From Candidatus Aegiribacteria sp. (GTDB taxonomy: Bacteria; Fermentibacterota; Fermentibacteria; Fermentibacterales; JCC-6), in the NCBI GenBank assembly GCA_021108005.1, contig JAIORS010000013.1, positions 24,291 to 88,290 of the forward strand: a DNA stretch of 64,000 bases, in the 5' to 3' direction. The notes beneath the pieces are model-generated. The model saw only the letters and a program-made list of their open reading frames with translations, did no database searches and was not told the DNA's origin. This document shows positions 58,687 to 64,000 of this stretch, one piece after another (position 1 is the first letter of the stretch; the number at the start of each line of letters is the position of its first letter). The translations under genes were made by a program, and so were the position numbers.

Positions 58687-59073
58687 ATGAAATTGAACAT
58701 CGTGGTAATAGTAGTAATGCTCTCAATCACTCTGAGCGCGTTCGCCGCTGAGGAACCTCTTTTCCCCGATGGTGTGAATCAAATCCTGGGTCGAATTCAA
58801 CCCGACATGAGTGAGGCGCAAGTCGAGGAAACCGTGAAATTCTATTATCCGGATGCCGTTCTCACTCTGGGTACATGGTCCGGCCAATCGGGATATGTGG
58901 AATTCAAGCTGACATCTCGTTACTCCATTTCCATTGCGGAGTACAACGATCCCGACAATTTCGATTACCGTTTCGTACATGCCGACATGATTCTGTATGT
59001 GTTCGATTGGGAACTTAATCAAAGAATCAACATCTCATTTCACAACTGGGATGATGAAACGATAAATGACTGA
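58687..59073 (+). CDS. Secreted hypothetical protein
   Basis: ATG at 58687 follows GGGAGGAAG. Signal peptide MKLNIVVIVVMLSITLSAFA. The track start at 58618 adds an unlikely basic leader. Confidence 0.5.
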   Translation: MKLNIVVIVVMLSITLSAFAAEEPLFPDGVNQILGRIQPDMSEAQVEETVKFYYPDAVLTLGTWSGQSGYVEFKLTSRYSISIAEYNDPDNFDYRFVHADMILYVFDWELNQRINISFHNWDDETIND

Positions 59074-59189
59074 GGAAAAACCTCCGAACCAGTTGCCACA
59101 CCCGATAGAGGATACTACCCAACCAGTCGGATGCAATCAGTGGCTAAGCCCATAAAAGCTGATGATACAAACGGTCGAAAGACCCTGAG

Positions 59190-59488
59190 TGAATTCATAT
59201 CAAGGCCTCCGCCTGAGCCACTTGAACGTGTCTGCGAACCATGCGCGGACTACGTTCCATGGCAGGACGATGTTCCTGAAATAGAGGTTGGGTAAGTTGT
59301 CAGCGATCCGGCTTCAGGGGAAACGTACATCCTGATTCTGAGTTTCTGGTACATATCTGCTTGCAACGATCTTTGACTGGCGGTTTCTCAAGTCGTATGG
59401 TCAGTTTCAGGCAGGAATCGGAGGTTTATTACGACGATTGGGCTGCTTTGCAAGCAAATCAAGAGATTGCGGAAAATCCACTTTCCTA
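59190..59488 (+). mobile_element. IS91/ISCR-like stub, copy A (diverged transposase C-terminal tail plus conserved 193-nt downstream end)
   Basis: Reads ...SRPPPEPLERVCEPCADYVPWQDDVPEIEVG* (stop 59293-59295). The 193 nt after the stop align without gaps to copy B with 23 mismatches, and the last 57 nt are identical. Confidence 0.6.
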
Positions 59489-59633
59489 TTGTTCGTAAGC
59501 AGACTGGTTTCCTACAACTGCACAAGCCACATTATTGAGAATCAGCTCGATCTGAGGGGTTACCCTGTTGACCTCGAAATATGTCCCGGCGGGATGCTGC
59601 TGGCTCTTACTGCTGAATAGAAAAGGGGTCAAA

Positions 59634-60689
59634 TCACTGTGTGATAATCCCAAGGGCAGCATCAAAAACCGGGTCCACCCCGGCTTCAAGATCAGCCTCG
59701 GAAACCGGGATGAAAATGTCGGGAGCTATTCCTGAATTGAGAATGAGGGTAGTGTCTGGGGAATAGGTGACCATTTCTGGTATTTCAATGGTGCAACCGT
59801 TAGTAAGATTGAATGAAACGGCAGGATTGGCAAAACCCGCTGTGGTATCCCCAATAACGGTAACATGCTGCTGAGTTCTGAGAAGCAGAACCAGCTGCTC
59901 GGCTGCTCCCTGGGTACCTCTGCCCGTGAGAAGAACGATGGGCTCAGTATACTGCCAGGAAGCGTTTCTACTCGCCAGTACTCCCCGCATCTCTCCCATA
60001 TCGTTTCTTCCCGGACCTGTCCTGAAAACTTCGTAATAACCCAGCTCTCTTACTTTAATAAACCTGCCGCAGGCGGTGTATGCATTGTATGCAGAACCGC
60101 TTTCACTGCACATGCGGAGATCCAGAATGAGACCTCTGCAATCTTTAATCACATATGTCATATTATAAAATGAACTTATACCGTATCCATCACCCAGATC
60201 GCTTATGTACATATAACCTAAGGTATCGTAATTAGTCGGCTTGAACGTTATTGCTCCGTAGGCATGAAAGACTACAACGGTATCCGGGGAGTAACTCTCA
60301 ATGTAACGTCTCCAGACTTCGTAAGTCCAGTTAACGAAAGCACCCTGGTTCCAGCTCTCCAGCCGGGTTCCCACTGAATTCCGAATAGACAGATTCTGAT
60401 CTTCGAGTTCACCCATGAGTTCAAGGCAAAGATCAAAAAGCTCGGTTTCGTTCTTGAGGTTCTCTGCCGCTGATTTGTATGTCTGTAACGACTGGTCCCA
60501 GTCCACGTCCTCCTTCGCGAAAAAGCAGGCGTAGTGACTGTTCACCATATCCCACATAAGATGGTACTCGGAGAAAAGTGAATCCGGCTCACCAACGCAG
60601 TAAGGTCCCGGAAGACAGCCGGAAATACCGGAAATAAGAAGAGCAATTCCTATGGATACAGCAAGTGATGCGTATTTTGATGTTCGCAT
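59634..60689 (-). CDS. Peptidase S41-like lipoprotein, apparently lacking the Ser/Lys catalytic dyad
   Basis: Lipobox ISGISGC. S41 layout: GLILDLRMCSESG, IVLLTGRGTQGAAEQLVLLL, VIGDTTAGFAN, GIAPDIFIP. The usual ..SASASE.. Ser and the T.GK Lys positions read QGAAE and AGF. Confidence 0.65.
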   Translation of the reverse strand: MRTSKYASLAVSIGIALLISGISGCLPGPYCVGEPDSLFSEYHLMWDMVNSHYACFFAKEDVDWDQSLQTYKSAAENLKNETELFDLCLELMGELEDQNLSIRNSVGTRLESWNQGAFVNWTYEVWRRYIESYSPDTVVVFHAYGAITFKPTNYDTLGYMYISDLGDGYGISSFYNMTYVIKDCRGLILDLRMCSESGSAYNAYTACGRFIKVRELGYYEVFRTGPGRNDMGEMRGVLASRNASWQYTEPIVLLTGRGTQGAAEQLVLLLRTQQHVTVIGDTTAGFANPAVSFNLTNGCTIEIPEMVTYSPDTTLILNSGIAPDIFIPVSEADLEAGVDPVFDAALGIITQ

Positions 60690-60915
60690 TATCGTCCTCC
60701 GATTCCGCTGTTTTCAGAGGTTTTTTTCATAATAACCTTATCTGCTTGAATATAGATAATATCCAGCATTACAATAGTAATTGTTTACTGATAAGTATAA
60801 CTATAAAGTAAAGTAATTCAAGAGTGAGTGCCTGAATAGCTTCTCAAACCCTGTCTGGTGTTTTACGATTTCCGTGTGCATCGTCTGAAGAATCAACGAT
60901 AGAAAGGTTGTACTT

Positions 60916-61326
60916 ATGGAAAACTACAAAGCCGAAACTTACGGTGACCGAATAGCTGATACTTACGATAACTGGTACAGTTCTCCCGAGGAGTCCTCGA
61001 TTACGCTGCTGAGTGATTTGGCGTATCGCGGCCGCACACCGGAGCTGGGAATAGGAACGGGCCGCATCGCTCTGCCATTGAAAGAAAAGGGAATCGACAT
61101 CCACGGAATAGACGCGTCCACCTCCATGGTTAAGAAGCTCCGCGCGAAACATCACGGTAGAGCTATTCCGTTTACATTAGGGGACTTCTCAATGGTTTCC
61201 GTTGAAGGCAAGTACGATTTGATATTCGTTGTTTTCAACACTTTTTTCTCCCTGACAACGCAGGAAGCACAGCTGGAATGTCTTAAGAACGTTGCCCCCC
61301 TCCGATATCCTGAGTCCGGAGGTTAA
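60916..61326 (+). pseudogene. Class I SAM methyltransferase, 3'-truncated or frameshifted
   Basis: Motif I ELGIGTGRIALPL and motifs II/III are present. The ORF ends shortly after ...LKNVA, where family members normally continue for about 100 aa. A C6 run lies at 61295-61300, just before the sequence loses family resemblance. Confidence 0.5.
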
Positions 61327-61495
61327 TGACAAAGAACAAATGGTAATCAAGAAAAACAGGGTTGTATCGTTCCTTCTTTCCGGTTCAGCTGATCACGCAT
61401 TAGATACTCAAGTTTTTCAAGAAGATCATCCCGATCAGACAGATCAGCCTTTCAGATGAGTGCTGAAAATATCCACTCTCATCCCTCAAATACTG

Positions 61496-61930
61496 CTATT
61501 GATGACTACCGGACCAGGATAAAGAATCACTTTCATTATGATGAACGCCGGTACTGTCAAAAGCTCCCGTCGTAGAAAACAATCCTGAAATATCGGTGGG
61601 AGGATCAAAAGTACCTTCAAGAGTCATTGTATAGCTGTAGTTTCCGGTACTCAGGCTATCAACCACATGAAAATTGTTATTTGTTATCACCGCATCATCA
61701 GGGGTCCAGTGCACCGTATCCGCAGGCAGGCTGATACCCCAGTAAATGAATGCAAACTGAATATCCCCGACCTGATTCCCTTCTACAGTGAAAGTAATGG
61801 GTTGACCAATTATTGATCCGGTCCAGGTTCCATCTGAGATTACGGGATCAACGGGTGATGAACTGCCGCACGATGCTGTAATAAAGAACACAAGGATTAA
61901 AAGGGATCCAATCAGAATTTGCTTATTCAT
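61496..61930 (-). CDS. Lipoprotein (hypothetical)
   Basis: ATG at 61930 follows AGGAGG. Lipobox FFITASCGSS. No family recognised. Confidence 0.55.
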   Translation of the reverse strand: MNKQILIGSLLILVFFITASCGSSSPVDPVISDGTWTGSIIGQPITFTVEGNQVGDIQFAFIYWGISLPADTVHWTPDDAVITNNNFHVVDSLSTGNYSYTMTLEGTFDPPTDISGLFSTTGAFDSTGVHHNESDSLSWSGSHQ

Positions 61931-62284
61931 AATAGTCCTCCTACTTTTTCGGATATAACTGGATTGCGAACTCACAGGATTACTGCCTTCCAGAATTAAG
62001 CAATTTACCATAAACAACAATAGTGATAAGAACCACGTTATGTCAAAGTCTTAGCGGGTTGGTGAATGACAGTCCTTACCGGCATTGATACTCAAGAGTG
62101 TCTGGGAAATTGTAAGTGTGTGTTCTCCAGTACCGTCATCCATCACCGCAGCAAGTATTCCTCCTTGAATTCATACTGCGGCAACTTCCAGTCAGGTCGT
62201 GCTAATTTTGAACACTCAGGTTATCTGATATGGGCAGGTGCGCTGAATAATTGATGTTCCTGGATTAGTATCCAGCAGGGATAA

Positions 62285-62669
62285 TGTCCGAAGTGCGGGG
62301 GACAGATGAAGGTCATCTCTTTCATAGAGCAACCGTTTGTCATCAGACGTATCCTGAGACATCTTGATCTCTGAGAAGACCCAAGACCCCCTCCAGAGCA
62401 ATTGGAACTGGTATGTGAACACGATGCGGATTACATTCCATGGCAAGACGATGTTCCTGAGATAGAGGTTGGGTAATGATTCAAGGATCCGACTTCACGG
62501 GAAACGTACATCCGTATGCTGAGTCTCCAGTGCATATCTGCCGGCAACGATCTTTGACTGGCGATTTCTCAGGTGGTATTGTCAGTTTCAGGCAAGAATC
62601 GGAGGTTTATTGCGACGATTGGGCTGCTTTGCAAGCAAATCAAGAGATTGCGGAAAATCCACTTTCCTA
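62285..62669 (+). mobile_element. IS91/ISCR-like stub, copy B (transposase C-terminal approx 63 codons with an in-frame TGA, plus 193-nt downstream end)
   Basis: Reads CPKCGGQMKVISFIEQPFVIRRILRHLDL*EDPRPPPEQLELVCEHDADYIPWQDDVPEIEVG*. The zinc-ribbon plus ..IL.HL.LW..RPPP tail is what I recall from IS91-family (Y2 HUH) transposases. In-frame stops lie just upstream, so the transposase body is gone. Confidence 0.7.
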
Positions 62670-63506
62670 CTATTCCAGAATCACCACTTTCCGCAAGTCG
62701 GTCGCACAATCTGATTCCAGTCTGACAAAATATATTCCGGAAGTGAATTCGTTCATTATGAATGAATGGCTGCCCTGCTGCAATTCTCCTTCAAATGCTG
62801 TTCTTATCAGTTTTCCGGCAAGATCATACATGCGAAGATATACGAAAGATTCGGATGATAAGAGATTCACATTTACTGTAACTGAGCCGAACGATGGATT
62901 TGGTGTTATCGAAAGAGCTTCATATTGATCGCCACTGGAAAAAGGATCTTCTATTCCTCCGGGATACCATCCTTCTATCTGAACCCATTCCAGTTCCGGT
63001 GTAACACTTGAATCCGTAGTATTCAGATTGGCTCTGTACTGGATAAGCAGAATCGTGTCAGGCAGAATGGCGCCGAGGAAAGTCCCCGATTCCGTTATCG
63101 GATCGGTCCATTCTCCCATAGTTTCCGGAGTCATACCTGTTCTCAGCTGAAAACTGACTGATGTGTTCACAGGTTCATTTGAAATCCATTCAATATTGCC
63201 CCATGCGATTTCCCAGTCTGTTCCCATCGGCATCCACACAAGAGAGGATTCAAGAGTCCCGGTATCCGGGAAATCCAAGTTTGCCGGGAGACCGGATTCA
63301 GAGAGGTTGTGCTGTGCCCTCTCGAATTCCAGAGATATTTTACCTGTCGTTGACCAGTTTATCTGCTGGCTGATCCAGAAAGCATTATAGAAATCGTACT
63401 GGGGTCCCTGCTCTCCAGGGCCTCCGGACCAGTCTGTCTGTTCCAGCCATTGACCCGTTACTGAAAAACAGAAAACAAGTATCAGTAAAATAAGTGACAG
63501 CTTCAT
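62670..63506 (-). CDS. Secreted protein with a T9SS/Por C-terminal sorting domain
   Basis: Signal peptide MKLSLILLILVFCFSVTG. C-terminal ITPNPSFGSVTVNV...LRMYDLAGKLI...SGIYFVRLESD...KVVILE is a typical CTD. Confidence 0.7.
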   Translation of the reverse strand: MKLSLILLILVFCFSVTGQWLEQTDWSGGPGEQGPQYDFYNAFWISQQINWSTTGKISLEFERAQHNLSESGLPANLDFPDTGTLESSLVWMPMGTDWEIAWGNIEWISNEPVNTSVSFQLRTGMTPETMGEWTDPITESGTFLGAILPDTILLIQYRANLNTTDSSVTPELEWVQIEGWYPGGIEDPFSSGDQYEALSITPNPSFGSVTVNVNLLSSESFVYLRMYDLAGKLIRTAFEGELQQGSHSFIMNEFTSGIYFVRLESDCATDLRKVVILE

Positions 63507-63580
63507 TTGTTACCTTCTTCTTTCTAAATACAGAAACAATTATCTACCATTATTGAGAATACATAACCTGTGATCGCAGG

Positions 63581-63784
63581 TCAATGAAACTCATATAGAA
63601 TAAAATCACTTCCAGGGAGATAGTTATTCGGAGAGGTTACCGTATCCTGCGTCCAGCCATATTCGAATCCAAGAGACAGGAGTACTTTCTCGATTTCTGA
63701 ATACTCCTGCGTTTTGGGCTTTCTGGAAAGAAGGGGATAGTCTTTCGCGTGATGCATTGAATTATACTGAGACATCAGACGCAT
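63581..63784 (-). CDS. Small hypothetical ORF, possibly the 3' part of a gene disrupted by repeat copy C
   Basis: 67 aa. Its first four codons lie inside repeat copy C (which starts at 63773). No family recognised. Confidence 0.25.
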   Translation of the reverse strand: MRLMSQYNSMHHAKDYPLLSRKPKTQEYSEIEKVLLSLGFEYGWTQDTVTSPNNYLPGSDFILYEFH

Positions 63785-64000
63785 CCTGAAACATCTTGAT
63801 CTCTGAGAAGACCCAAGACCCCCTCCAGAGCAACTGGAACTGGTATATGAACACGATGCGGATTACATTCCATGGCAAGACGATGCTCCTGAAATAGAGG
63901 TTGGGTAATAATTCAAGGATCCGACTTCAGTGGGGACTTACATCCGTATGCTGAGTCTCCAGTGCATATCTGCCGACAACGATCTTTGACTGGCGGTTTC
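63773..64000 (+). mobile_element. IS91/ISCR-like stub, copy C (cut by the window end)
   Basis: Ungapped manual alignment to copy B (62341-62568) gives 15 mismatches in 228 nt. Same in-frame TGA (63804-63806) and the same stop (63906-63908). Confidence 0.7.

Noticed and set aside
59486-59689. Minus-strand ORF next to stub A read as a remnant of a T9SS C-terminal domain (..HPAGTYFEVNRV..).
   Set aside because: Only a single short G.YF-like motif matches, and the tail after it is far longer than in real CTDs. The ORF also overlaps the 3' end of the S41-like gene. The evidence is too weak to call.
62066-62254. 62-aa ORF upstream of stub B read as a surviving piece of the IS91-like transposase catalytic body.
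   Set aside because: It is in the same frame as the CPKCGG tail but separated from it by two stops. I could not align it to the HUH or Y2 motifs or to the RIRHYG-type segment expected before the zinc ribbon.
62372-62374. Genome-wide TGA-to-Trp (or Gly) recoding suggested by the in-frame TGA in the transposase remnant.
   Set aside because: Many well-conserved genes in this window terminate at TGA at the expected length, for example the dedA and glgA stops in the ATGA overlaps, and the chlI-like and oxidoreductase alpha subunit stops. The host therefore reads TGA as stop.
1-64000. CRISPR arrays, rRNA and tRNA genes, prophage or defence-island gene sets.
   Set aside because: Scanning the intergenic regions showed no regularly spaced direct repeats and no tRNA T-arm (GGTTCGAATCC-like) signatures. 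No integrase, capsid, restriction, Cas or other hallmark defence genes are present. This was a manual scan, so small RNAs could have been missed.

Overview
Chromosomal segment with about 60 protein-coding genes. By manual scanning I recognised no rRNA, tRNA or CRISPR array. The source looks like an uncultivated Gram-negative bacterium with a type IX secretion system: a C25 gingipain-like protease and another secreted protein carry Por/T9SS C-terminal sorting domains, and TamB/Omp85 and TolC are present. The lineage assignment is inference only. Most of the window is housekeeping: leuS, ndk, a 2-oxoacid:ferredoxin oxidoreductase operon (delta-alpha-beta::gamma), clpB, fabD, glgA, ispDF, radA, dnaB, a family-4 UDG, yicC and a ThiD-Nudix fusion. 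A 13-kb co-directional minus-strand gene array (41.6-54.7 kb) has many ATGA start/stop overlaps and Firmicute-like local synteny. I found no complete, obviously novel multi-gene system such as a defence island, and I say so plainly. The observations most worth a second look are: (1) a 23/24-matching 24-bp inverted repeat bracketing a 415-bp non-coding segment upstream of an MBL-fold lipoprotein gene, which could be an inverton or a MITE; (2) three copies of an IS91/ISCR-like stub (transposase 3' end plus a conserved oriIS-like terminus), two of which share an in-frame TGA at a conserved Trp position; (3) a Gmk-CoaB fusion that lacks CoaC; (4) an orphan ChlI/ChlD-type AAA+/vWA pair with no H/CobN partner nearby; (5) several apparently catalytically dead paralogues: an ABC ATPase, a giant PAS protein with a histidine-kinase-like tail, and an S41 peptidase; (6) a 3-methyladenine glycosylase gene that needs a non-canonical start codon; (7) an AT-rich islet holding two gene fragments. 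All functional calls come from reading motifs in the supplied translations. No database search was run.
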